Sequence record: SRR20825006_430
Length of the DNA: 34,113 nucleotides
Direction: 5' to 3' (one strand)
Below, piece after piece: positions 1 through 7,696 of this stretch. The first letter of the stretch is position 1. Each line of letters starts with the position of its first letter. Below the pieces are notes generated by a model. The model was not told where the DNA came from and made no database searches. It worked only from the letters and a program-made list of their open reading frames with translations. Position numbers and translations under genes: made by a program.

Positions 1-603
1 AGTTACTGTGAGTGTGTCGCCTGCTTCGTCGCCACCTTCTAGGTCGGATTCTGCAATGCTCAAAGTGCCGCTTGTGCCAACGGTCAAGTCAGAAAGGCCA
101 AGAGCTGCTGATGTGTCTGTGTAATCAACCGCAGAGATGTCCAACTTAGATGTGCCATCTTCGTTGAAGACCACTGAAACGTCGTTGCCTGTACCTGCCA
201 ACAGGTTTTTACCTGAGTAGCCAGAGTCTTTAGCAAGTGTTTCGATCTGGTTGAGAAGTTCGTTATATTCGCCAGCAAACTTACGACGGTCAGCTGTTGA
301 AGATGACTGCAATGCTTGGTTTGCTTTCGCCTTTGCCGCTTCTGCGAGCTTGGTGATCGCTTGAATACCTTCGTCAGCAGCTTTCAAAGTTTGAACAGCC
401 TGGCCTTGGTCATCCAACAAAGATGAAAGGTCAGAAGCGCGTGAGTTCAAAGATTGTGCTGTGAAGAAAGAACCTGGATTGTCCAACGCAGAGTTAACTT
501 TCAAACCAGTTGAAAGGCGGTTCTGTGTTTTGCTGAGAAGATCAGCAGTGCCTTGAAGGGCGGTGAGGTTCTGACGTACTGCAGCTGATAGTTGAATAGC
601 CAT
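1..603 (-). CDS. fliC: Flagellin, N-terminal 201 aa (runs off the window start; missing from the ORF track)
   Basis: Manual translation from ATG at 603 gives MAIQLSAAVRQNLTALQGTADLLSKTQNRLSTGLKVNSALDNPGSFFTAQSLNSRASDLSSLLDD...KDSGYSGKNLL, a flagellin N-terminal (D0/D1) signature of the alphaproteobacterial type. The frame is open to base 1 and there is an upstream GGAG RBS. Confidence 0.95.
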   Translation of the reverse strand, partial: MAIQLSAAVRQNLTALQGTADLLSKTQNRLSTGLKVNSALDNPGSFFTAQSLNSRASDLSSLLDDQGQAVQTLKAADEGIQAITKLAEAAKAKANQALQSSSTADRRKFAGEYNELLNQIETLAKDSGYSGKNLLAGTGNDVSVVFNEDGTSKLDISAVDYTDTSAALGLSDLTVGTSGTLSIAESDLEGGDEAGDTLTVT

Positions 604-723
604 GATACTAAATACTCCATTCTGGCTTACAAACGGGCCTTCCTGGCCCGCGTTTCAAATGAAAAGTTTAAGTCATTTCTTTGACCGCCACTTCCCGCGA
701 TATCCCCATAAACCACCGATCAA

Positions 724-805
724 GTGAACTAAACCTTAATCGGGCAGCCTGAGGAATTCCTATGGTAAACCGCTGTTTAATTGGCATGGTTAACAGCGAT
801 TTTAC
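724..805. promoter_or_regulatory. Three CtrA-like boxes upstream of flagellin
   Basis: TTAA-N7-TTCAC (724-739, minus), TTAA-N7-TTTAC (765-780, minus) and TTAA-N7-TTTAC (790-805, plus). Each is one mismatch from TTAA-N7-TTAAC. Confidence 0.65.
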
Positions 806-811
806 AAACAC

Positions 812-1171
812 TTAGCCTTTAATCGTCTCCAATGCGCGCAGCAGATCAGGTGAGGGGACCCAACGGCGATTGATCATCCGTGGAAAATCAATATGTCCTG
901 GTTCACCCTCTTCCGCGTTCGCAGCGAGAGAGGCTTCAAATAATAAACTTGCTGGTGCTGCTGGTCCCACTAGTTTTGGGATGTCTGGCAGCCCGTCGTC
1001 GGCAACTGGATTAACGCGTTGCGGGTTCGAAGGTGGCGCTGCTTGTTCGCTGCCAACTTGCGCTTTAGTACTCGCCGCATCCTGCGACTTATAATCCTGT
1101 TGAGGGCGTGCGTTGCCACTAAGGGCTGCGCCGCCTTGAAAACCGGCGGCAGATTCTATTCTGACGGTCAC
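812..1171 (-). CDS. Hypothetical 119-aa protein between the flgN-like gene and flagellin
   Basis: GTG start preceded by a GGAGAAGAG SD-like sequence. It is co-oriented with its flagellar neighbours and fills the gap. Its N-terminal half is low-complexity A/Q/P/S-rich. No family recognised. Confidence 0.6.
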   Translation of the reverse strand: MTVRIESAAGFQGGAALSGNARPQQDYKSQDAASTKAQVGSEQAAPPSNPQRVNPVADDGLPDIPKLVGPAAPASLLFEASLAANAEEGEPGHIDFPRMINRRWVPSPDLLRALETIKG

Positions 1172-1173
1172 GG

Positions 1174-1228
1174 CTCTTCTCCATGAAAATTCTCGGCATT
1201 TCTTGCCTTATTGCATCATGGAGAAGAG
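1174..1228. repeat. Perfect 13-bp inverted repeat enclosing an ftr-like palindrome
   Basis: CTCTTCTCCATGA (1174-1186) pairs with TCATGGAGAAGAG (1216-1228). The loop contains GGCA-TTTCT-TGCC (1195-1207). Confidence 0.8.
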
Positions 1229-1277
1229 AGATTGCGTATAAGTAATTTGGAATGATGTTATTTAAATATAATTTGAA

Positions 1278-1766
1278 CTAACTTGTCTTGTTAATAGAGA
1301 CACCTTGTAAACTCTGCGCCTTCTGCCCGTGGGCGCCATTGCCGCCATAGGTTTTTGGCTTTTGCGCTTGGCCGAGTTGTGCAGCGACATCACCGATTAT
1401 CTCTTCAGACAAAGTTTTTGCCGTGGCCAGCACGCGCATATTTTCTGCCATCTGGGTGGCGAGGGCTGTTTGGTGCTTTTGCAATTCCATCAGCAAATGC
1501 GGCGCGGTTTCTTTCAACAATTTGGCATTGTGTTGAATGGCACGGGCAAGCCCGACATATTTTTGTGCAAGTTCTGCCTTCGGGGCTGCCAGCTCGCTGG
1601 CTTCCAATAGTCGCCCTGCACGCAGCAATGTGGTCTCATTATTCATGATGTCCACAAGCTTGGTCAGTGTTTCATGCGCATCCGCACAAACTTCTTCCGG
1701 CGTGCCGGGCAAAGGCATTGCAGGATTTTTGGCCAATGTTTGTGCTCTTAACTGATGTGGGGTCAT
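1278..1766 (-). CDS. FlgN/FlbY-like flagellar export chaperone
   Basis: The likely start MTPHQL at 1766 forms an ATGA overlap with the flgJ stop. The protein is helical with L..L..IM..ET..LRAG...KAELA..Y and a C-terminal TYG motif. Its position after flgI-flgJ fits this role. Confidence 0.7.
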   Translation of the reverse strand: MTPHQLRAQTLAKNPAMPLPGTPEEVCADAHETLTKLVDIMNNETTLLRAGRLLEASELAAPKAELAQKYVGLARAIQHNAKLLKETAPHLLMELQKHQTALATQMAENMRVLATAKTLSEEIIGDVAAQLGQAQKPKTYGGNGAHGQKAQSLQGVSINKTS

Positions 1767-2110
1767 TGTTGATACGCTCCTGCTACTAAGGCCGGGTTCG
1801 GCTGGGCCGCTGGTTGCGGCAAGTTGATTGATTGTTGTGAGAGAATAAGATCGCGCAAAATATCGTCTGCGAGACCAATGCCGCCATTGCCGGCCATGTT
1901 TTTCGCATATTCTTCGCCCAGCATGCCGCGCCATGTTTCTTCAGCATAGCCGCCGCCAAACATGTCTTCTGTGTCTGAAGCTTTGGTCATTTCACTCATC
2001 AGCGTGTTGAGAAACACGCCTTCTAGTTCAACAGACTTTTCTTTCAAGGACGCGAATTGGGCGTCGGTCATATTGTGTGGTTTTTGAACTGGGTAATAAA
2101 CGTTCGGCAT
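1763..2110 (-). CDS. flgJ: FlgJ, rod-binding single-domain form with no muramidase domain
   Basis: Rod-binding motif ELEGVFLNTLMSEM...FGGGYAEETWRGMLGEEYAKNMAGNGGIGLAD, directly after flgI. Confidence 0.9.
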   Translation of the reverse strand: MPNVYYPVQKPHNMTDAQFASLKEKSVELEGVFLNTLMSEMTKASDTEDMFGGGYAEETWRGMLGEEYAKNMAGNGGIGLADDILRDLILSQQSINLPQPAAQPNPALVAGAYQQ

Positions 2111-3237
2111 TAGATCACCTCAATTTCAGCTTGCAGGGCGCCGGCAGCTTTGATGGCTTGTAAGATCGAGATCAAATCCCGTGGTGAAATGCCCAGCGCA
2201 TTCAGCCCATCAACGAGTTCTTGCAACGTGACCGTTTCATTCAATGTGGCGAGACTGCTGTCTACTTGATCGACCTGAATTTCTGTGCGCGGCACCACGA
2301 CGGTTTGGCCGTTGGTGAGTGGGTTTGGCTGATCTACTTGCGGGTCTTCGGTGATGGTGACGGTGAGATTTGATTGTGCGATGGCCACTGTTGAAACACG
2401 GACATTGCGCCCCATCACCACGATGCCGGAATTTTCATCAATCACAATTTTGGCAGGTAGGTCCGGGGTGATGACCAATTGTTCAATATCAGTAATCAGA
2501 TCGACAATATTGCCATTAAAGCCGCGGGGCAGGGTGAGGTTTACTGTGGCGTTGTCCAGCGGCACGGCTGTTGGCATGCCAATCAAATTGTTGATGGCGA
2601 GGGCAATACGACGCGCCGTTGTGAAATCTGGATTGCGCAAAGCCAGGCGCACAGCACGGCGAGCGCCGAGATCAAAATCAACTTCACGTTCGATCAGTGC
2701 GCCATCAGAAATCCGTCCGGTTGTGGGAACGCCGGAAATAACAGTTGCGCCATCACCTTCGGCTTGGAAGCCGTTGATCGCGATGGGGCCTTGCGCAATG
2801 GCGTAAACTTCGCCATCAGCGCCCATTAGTGGGGTGACCAGCAATGTGCCGCCCTGAAGGCTTTTTGCATCGCCCAAGGCGGAAACCGAAACGTCTAAGC
2901 GTGAACCTTGGGTGGAGAAGGCTGGTAAGTTAGCGGTGACCATAACGGCGGCAACGTTTGCTGTGCGCATATTGGTGCCGCGGGTGTTGACGCCCATGCG
3001 CTCCAACATGGCAGTTAGGCTTTGGCGGGTGAAGGGCGCATTGTTGAGCCCATCGCCCGTGCCGTTAAGGCCAACAACTAGGCCATAGCCAACCAATTGG
3101 TTTTCGCGCACGCCTTCAATATTGACAATATCTTTAATGCGAGCAGCTTGGGTTGGCGCACAGAGCAAAAGTAGCGCTAGCCCGATTGTTCCCCATTTTG
3201 TCGCGATTGCAAAAATTGCTTTCATCATTTTCCCCAT
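2110..3237 (-). CDS. flgI: Flagellar P-ring protein FlgI (start could be 3228)
   Basis: Signal peptide followed by RIKDIVNIEGVRENQLVGYGLVVGLNGTGD, and C-terminal DLISILQAIKAAGALQAEIEVI. Confidence 0.98.
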   Translation of the reverse strand: MGKMMKAIFAIATKWGTIGLALLLLCAPTQAARIKDIVNIEGVRENQLVGYGLVVGLNGTGDGLNNAPFTRQSLTAMLERMGVNTRGTNMRTANVAAVMVTANLPAFSTQGSRLDVSVSALGDAKSLQGGTLLVTPLMGADGEVYAIAQGPIAINGFQAEGDGATVISGVPTTGRISDGALIEREVDFDLGARRAVRLALRNPDFTTARRIALAINNLIGMPTAVPLDNATVNLTLPRGFNGNIVDLITDIEQLVITPDLPAKIVIDENSGIVVMGRNVRVSTVAIAQSNLTVTITEDPQVDQPNPLTNGQTVVVPRTEIQVDQVDSSLATLNETVTLQELVDGLNALGISPRDLISILQAIKAAGALQAEIEVI

Positions 3238-3284
3238 TTCTGTCCGGCCCCATTCCCCAATCGGGCACGGTCTGCCAACATAAA

Positions 3285-3300
3285 TGCGAAATCTGTGCCA
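3285..3300 (-). promoter_or_regulatory. sigma54 -24/-12 promoter of flgI-flgJ-flgN
   Basis: Minus strand TGGCAC-AGATT-TCGCA (GG-N10-GC). An IHF-like AATCATAAATTTA lies at 3319-3331. Confidence 0.85.
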
Positions 3301-3399
3301 ACTTCGGATGTGTTGGGCTAAATTTATGATTTAATTGAATAAAATTAGATCGGGCGTGTGGGTTCTTTTGTTTTGTGCTGGAAAATGATAGATTTTGTA

Positions 3400-3453
3400 G
3401 GTAAATAGTGCCCATCATCTGATTTGGGTGGTAAAGGTTGGGCAGAAATTGCC
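3400..3453. promoter_or_regulatory. ftr-like (FlbD-type) enhancer palindromes
   Basis: GGTA-AATAG-TGCC (3400-3412) and GGCA-GAAAT-TGCC (3441-3453) lie 100-150 bp upstream of the flgI sigma54 promoter. Another copy, GGCA-CGGTC-TGCC, lies at 3264-3276. Confidence 0.7.
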
Positions 3454-3477
3454 GACTGGATTGTTTTAGGTTTTTAA

Positions 3478-3888
3478 ATGCGCATTACAGACACCAACAG
3501 AACCAGCCGCACTGCGCCGAAAAAGGCCGCCAAAGGGCAGCCTGACGGGCAAAAATTTGCCGTGAGTGATGACAACACCACGCAGCAAGTGCGTCACCAT
3601 GCGTCTGTTGAAGATGTGGGCAGTGTTGATGCGCTGCTGGCATTGCAAAGTGTTGAAGATCCAGTGCTGGCCAAAAAGAAGAGCATTAAGCGGGGGCACC
3701 AGCTTTTAGATGGGTTGGAGCGCCTTAAAACTGACCTGTTGGTGGGGCGTGTGAGTGAAGCGCGGCTCAACAATATGCTCAAGATGCTGAAAAATGCGCC
3801 CAATGTTGATGATCCTGCCTTGCAAGAGGTGATCGACGACATTGAACTGCGTGTTCAAGTAGAACTGGCCAAACTTGATCGGCTCTAG
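3478..3888 (+). CDS. fliX: Flagellar assembly regulator FliX
   Basis: Motifs VDALLALQSVED...RGHQLLDGLERLKTDLL and IDDIELRVQVELAKL. It is divergent from flgI, as in Caulobacter. Confidence 0.92.
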   Translation: MRITDTNRTSRTAPKKAAKGQPDGQKFAVSDDNTTQQVRHHASVEDVGSVDALLALQSVEDPVLAKKKSIKRGHQLLDGLERLKTDLLVGRVSEARLNNMLKMLKNAPNVDDPALQEVIDDIELRVQVELAKLDRL

Positions 3889-4032
3889 TGCCGAAATTCC
3901 TTCAAATTTGTGGATAAGTCCGCGTCATCTTACCGTCATCATAATTGACTAGAGGGCTATGCAATTAGCGGCTTGCCGCCTAGGCCATTGGCGACTATAT
4001 ATGGCCCACATTAGTTGAGGGAGTAAGACTCA

Positions 4033-4488
4033 ATGTCTATGGACTTGGAACGCGAAATTACTGCACCAGATATGGAAGCGCAGGAATTTGACAACTATCG
4101 TCCGAGCGAGGACGAAGAGTTCATGAATCCAAAACAGTTGGCCTATTTTCGCCGCAAGCTGTTGGCGTGGAAAAATGATATTTTGCGCGAGAGCAAGGAA
4201 ACATTGGACGCCTTGCAGGAAGAAAGCCAAAACCATCCTGATATTGCTGACCGTGCATCTTCAGAAAGCGATCGGGCGCTTGAATTGCGGACGCGGGACC
4301 GTCAGCGCAAATTGATCTCTAAAATTGATGCAGCGCTGAAGCGGGTTGATGATGGTTCTTACGGCTATTGCGAAGAGACCGGGGAGCCGATTGGCTTGGC
4401 CCGGCTGGACGCACGGCCAATTGCAACCTTGTCGCTTGAAGCGCAAGAAAAGCATGAACGGCGCGAAAAAGTTTACCGCGACGATTAA
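4033..4488 (+). CDS. dksA: RNA polymerase-binding transcription factor DksA
   Basis: YRPSEDEEFMNPKQLAYFRRKL, the coiled-coil tip DIADRA, and YGYCEETGEPIGLARLDARP. Confidence 0.97.
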   Translation: MSMDLEREITAPDMEAQEFDNYRPSEDEEFMNPKQLAYFRRKLLAWKNDILRESKETLDALQEESQNHPDIADRASSESDRALELRTRDRQRKLISKIDAALKRVDDGSYGYCEETGEPIGLARLDARPIATLSLEAQEKHERREKVYRDD

Positions 4489-4627
4489 GCGTGTCTTTTA
4501 ATCGCTTGATTTGACTTATATATAAAAGATAGGACAAACTGGATAAGTGTCTTATCTGACGTGTTGACGGCAGTTTTGAGTTGGCACAAAGATATTGAGT
4601 TGAGCGTGGTAATTGAGGGTTGGCGCT

Positions 4628-5638
4628 ATGACAGCACATGCTGGGCGAAAGGTGGAGGGGCAGCAGCCGATGGCGGCTGTGACGCAACCTCAAGCCATAT
4701 CGCCAGAAAGCTGGCCCATTTCTCAACCATATGATGTGGTTTTTTATCGCTCACGCGGCCCGAAAAGTCGCGTGAACGTCACGTTTCAGCACGCATTTGA
4801 TTTTGATGCGTTCAAATCTTCCCGGAAATTTACCCATTGTGCGTTGGTTGGTTCAGAGCTGACGGCGGTTGAAGCCTATCCCCGCGCGGTGAAGGGCTAT
4901 TACACCGATATGCTGCACCCTGGTGGCGTGCGCTTTGTGCCGGTGATTGACCTTTGTTACGACAGCAAAAAGCGTTATCGCGATTTTATGGTGCTGCGCT
5001 GCCCAGATTTGCGCTCGCCAGATACATTCTTCGGGGCGGAAAGCATGATGAGTGCTTGGCGCTATATTGAATCTAAATATAGCTTGCGCCGTTTTGTTGG
5101 CTTTGGCCGTGGGCCAAAAGACAATCAAAATGCCAAACAGATCAAAGAGTGGCTTTCCTGCTCTGATCTTGTGTTGAAGATATTGGCCGATTCTGGTCGG
5201 TTCGGCATGAAGTTTCGAGAGCGGACAACACCATCTGGCCTTGTGGCCCAGTTGAAAATGCGGGGCTGGCAGGATGTAACCGCTGATTATGCGCCTGAGC
5301 GATTTGAGATTAAATCGCGGCAATATATGCAGCGTTTTGGCCTGTCTGGCGCTAATCGGGCAGGGGTGGATATTTTCGCTTTAAAGATGGCGTGGAACCT
5401 TGGCACTTTTGGTCAATCGATCCAACGTCAGCAATATATGGTGGAAGAATATATCAATCGTCGCCTTTCGAATTTGTGGCACCATGACCCGGAAGCTAAG
5501 AGCTTTTTGGAGCGGTTTACCGCGGACCATGCCATGGGCGTGCTCAAACAAATTCGTTCAATGCGGGCAGATGATTTTGGCGATCATATTGATCCTTTAT
5601 TGGCTGAGCTGTCGCAAAAGCGGCATTTTTTGAAATAG
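4628..5638 (+). CDS. Permuted papain-like (YiiX/YebB-like, NlpC/P60 superfamily) enzyme with an uncharacterised C-terminal extension
   Basis: The motifs occur in the order of permuted NlpC/P60 proteins, with His before Cys: QPYDVVFYR, FTHCALV (His), VEA, GGVRFVP, VLR, KYS, SCSDLV (Cys), TPSGL. The start is uncertain (4613/4628/4670). Confidence 0.7.
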   Translation: MTAHAGRKVEGQQPMAAVTQPQAISPESWPISQPYDVVFYRSRGPKSRVNVTFQHAFDFDAFKSSRKFTHCALVGSELTAVEAYPRAVKGYYTDMLHPGGVRFVPVIDLCYDSKKRYRDFMVLRCPDLRSPDTFFGAESMMSAWRYIESKYSLRRFVGFGRGPKDNQNAKQIKEWLSCSDLVLKILADSGRFGMKFRERTTPSGLVAQLKMRGWQDVTADYAPERFEIKSRQYMQRFGLSGANRAGVDIFALKMAWNLGTFGQSIQRQQYMVEEYINRRLSNLWHHDPEAKSFLERFTADHAMGVLKQIRSMRADDFGDHIDPLLAELSQKRHFLK

Positions 5639-5667
5639 CCAAAATTCCATTTCTCGAAACGATGTGC

Positions 5668-5693
5668 GGAACTGAATGACGCCTTTTTGCGTT
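5668..5693 (+). promoter_or_regulatory. EcfG/sigmaT/RpoE2-type general stress response promoter
   Basis: GGAAC-N17-CGTT, an exact match to the alphaproteobacterial GSR ECF consensus, about 70 bp upstream of the 95-aa gene. Confidence 0.75.
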
Positions 5694-5764
5694 TATCTGT
5701 TGTGAAATCGCGCTTGCAGCTTGGTGCGGTGCCAAGTTGAAGCGCGCAACGAACAGAGGCTCAT

Positions 5765-6052
5765 ATGTCTGAAAAAGATCATTATATCCAGAAAGCAAAA
5801 GCGAAGCTTGATCAATGGGATGCAGAAATCCGCAAAAAGAAGGCTGAGCTGGACGAGGCAGATGCAGATCGCAAGATCGAGCAGGAAAAAGAATTGGACC
5901 AAATGTGCGCCAAGCGCGATGACGCTCAGTCCAAATTGGATGAGTTGCGCGATGCGAGCGACGATGCTTGGCAAGATATGAAAGGCGGTTTCGACCAAGC
6001 GTGGGATAATATTTCCAACGCATTTGAACGGGCGAAAGCGCGATTTAACTAA
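5765..6052 (+). CDS. Small coiled-coil stress protein (sll1863-like family)
   Basis: MSEKDHYIQKAKAKLDQWDAEI...ASDDAWQDMKGGFDQAW pattern, with a GAGG RBS and its own terminator. Confidence 0.8.
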   Translation: MSEKDHYIQKAKAKLDQWDAEIRKKKAELDEADADRKIEQEKELDQMCAKRDDAQSKLDELRDASDDAWQDMKGGFDQAWDNISNAFERAKARFN

Positions 6053-6082
6053 AATAAGATTGCTTGAACTATCCCTTTGAAC

Positions 6083-6112
6083 ACGGCGTGCACAATGTGC
6101 ACGCCGTTTTTG
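6083..6112 (+). terminator. Intrinsic terminator
   Basis: ACGGCGTGCACA/TGTGCACGCCGT inverted repeat followed by a T-run. Confidence 0.8.
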
Positions 6113-6170
6113 TTATGGCATATTTGCGTTTGTTTGCTTCGCCGTATCCACGGTTTCGTAGTCTGTGTTT

Positions 6171-6671
6171 CTATGATTTTTCAAGATTTACGATATGGCC
6201 GAGCATTTTTTGGGTCAGGGCATTGAGTTGGGAGATTTCTTCAGAGGATAGGCTTGCCAGCAGGCGGGCTTCATTGTCGATATGTTTGGGGACAATCTCA
6301 TCAATCAAGGATTTGCCTTTGGCCGTGAGGGCCACAAGATTTGAGCGCCGGTCATTGGGATTGGGGCGGCGTTCGATTAGCGCTGCTTTTTCTAACTTAT
6401 CGATACGATTGGTCATGCCGCCGGAGGAGACCATCGTGGCCTCATAAAGGGCGGTGGGCGAGAGAGCGTGCGGGGCGCCGGCGCGTCGTAGCGTGGCCAA
6501 AACGTCAAATTCGCCCGGTTGCAATCCAAATTTTGCGAAGAGGGGGTCAATGTGATCACGTTGCGCACGTAGCGCCAATTCGGCAATGCGCCCAAGGGTT
6601 TCCATGGGAATGGTATCAAGTTCTGGGCGTTCTTTTTGCCATTGTTTAGCAGCGTGAGCAGCGCGATCCAT
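6171..6671 (-). CDS. MarR-family regulator, PecS/UrtR-like
   Basis: N-terminal QW..ERPELD..PM..LGRI extension, GEFDVLATLRRAG, SSGGMTNRIDKLE and DRRS wing. It is divergent from a DMT gene. Confidence 0.9.
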   Translation of the reverse strand: MDRAAHAAKQWQKERPELDTIPMETLGRIAELALRAQRDHIDPLFAKFGLQPGEFDVLATLRRAGAPHALSPTALYEATMVSSGGMTNRIDKLEKAALIERRPNPNDRRSNLVALTAKGKSLIDEIVPKHIDNEARLLASLSSEEISQLNALTQKMLGHIVNLEKS

Positions 6672-6682
6672 ATTTATGCCTT

Positions 6683-6715
6683 TATCTTAATGTCAAGATA
6701 CTTTATGGTAAGATA
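6683..6715. promoter_or_regulatory. Tandem 18-bp MarR/PecS operator palindromes
   Basis: TATCTT-AATGTC-AAGATA (6683-6700) and ATACTT-TATGGT-AAGATA (6698-6715) overlap by 3 bp in the 64-bp divergent intergenic region. Confidence 0.8.
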
Positions 6716-6735
6716 AATTTCAATTCAAACGGAAT

Positions 6736-7686
6736 ATGAGTATGGCTAACCTGTCGCAAAATCCAACCGCCAATCTTAACTCGTCCCCAAAGGTGACGTT
6801 TTGGCAGCAGTTTGACCTTGGCATGCTGGTGCTTTTGCTGATTGTTGGCTTTTTTATGGGGCTTACTGCCGTGTTGGGCAAAGTGGCGATCAATACCGGG
6901 TGGACACCATCAATTTATCTTGCCCACACCGCGCTGGGCGGTGGCTTGCTGTTGCTGATTATTACAAGATCTTTGGGGCAACGGGCGCAATTTAACCTGT
7001 CGGATTGGCGTTATAATTTTATCTCTGGCCTGTTTTTTGTGGTGCCAAACCTGATGTTTTTCTTTGCTGTCCGGCATGTGGGCGCAGGCTTTATTGCCTT
7101 TGCCACAGCGTTTGCGCCCGTGCTCACCTTTTTCATTGCTGTTGCAATTGGAGATGATCGCTTTTCGCTCGGCAAGATTTTAGGTGTCGGCATGGCGTTG
7201 ACTGGTGGAATTTTGTTGGCGCTGGGCAAATTGACCGACACGAGCATAGCGCCATTGTGGATTGTGATAAGCCTGTTTGGCCCCGTGTTCTTGGCATTCG
7301 GCAATATTTTCCGTTCGCGCTTTTGGCCAACTGGCGTTGCGCCGTTATTGTTGGCGCCATGGATGCTGATCACGGCCGGACTTTATAGCTATGGGTTTGC
7401 TTTTGTGACGGGTTCATGGTCGGCGGCGGATGTGTCCAGCGCTGGATATTTGGTGATGGGGGCACAGATTTTGTGCTTTGCGGCGGGCTTTGGCTTTTAC
7501 TTTGTGCTGCAAAAACGCGGTGGCCCGGTTTATCTGAGCCAAATTGGTCCGGTGATTGCCCTGGTTGGTGCGCTGTTGGCAGCGACTTTCCTGCAGGAGC
7601 AGCTGACGCTTTTGGTTTTGCTTGGCGGCGCGGCTGTGATCGCTGGGGTGGTGATTTTCAATGCTGCCAATTTTGGCAAGAAATAA
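6736..7686 (+). CDS. DMT/EamA-family transporter (about 10 TM)
   Basis: Two hydrophobic EamA-like halves, with APVLTFFIA...DRFSLGKILG and GGPVYLSQIG...FLQEQL motifs. Confidence 0.9.
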   Translation: MSMANLSQNPTANLNSSPKVTFWQQFDLGMLVLLLIVGFFMGLTAVLGKVAINTGWTPSIYLAHTALGGGLLLLIITRSLGQRAQFNLSDWRYNFISGLFFVVPNLMFFFAVRHVGAGFIAFATAFAPVLTFFIAVAIGDDRFSLGKILGVGMALTGGILLALGKLTDTSIAPLWIVISLFGPVFLAFGNIFRSRFWPTGVAPLLLAPWMLITAGLYSYGFAFVTGSWSAADVSSAGYLVMGAQILCFAAGFGFYFVLQKRGGPVYLSQIGPVIALVGALLAATFLQEQLTLLVLLGGAAVIAGVVIFNAANFGKK

Positions 7687-7696
7687 GCCGCGCCTT

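Noticed and set aside
84-278. 64-aa ORF from the track
   Set aside because: It is an off-frame shadow inside the flagellin CDS (1-603).
4527-4557. AGATAGGACA/TGTCTTATCT hairpin after dksA
   Set aside because: It is a weak AT-rich stem without a U-tract, and I cannot assign it as a terminator or operator.
4628-5638. Idea that the papain-like enzyme replaces the missing FlgJ muramidase
   Set aside because: No signal peptide or flagellar promoter motif is visible, and single-domain FlgJ is normal in alphaproteobacteria.
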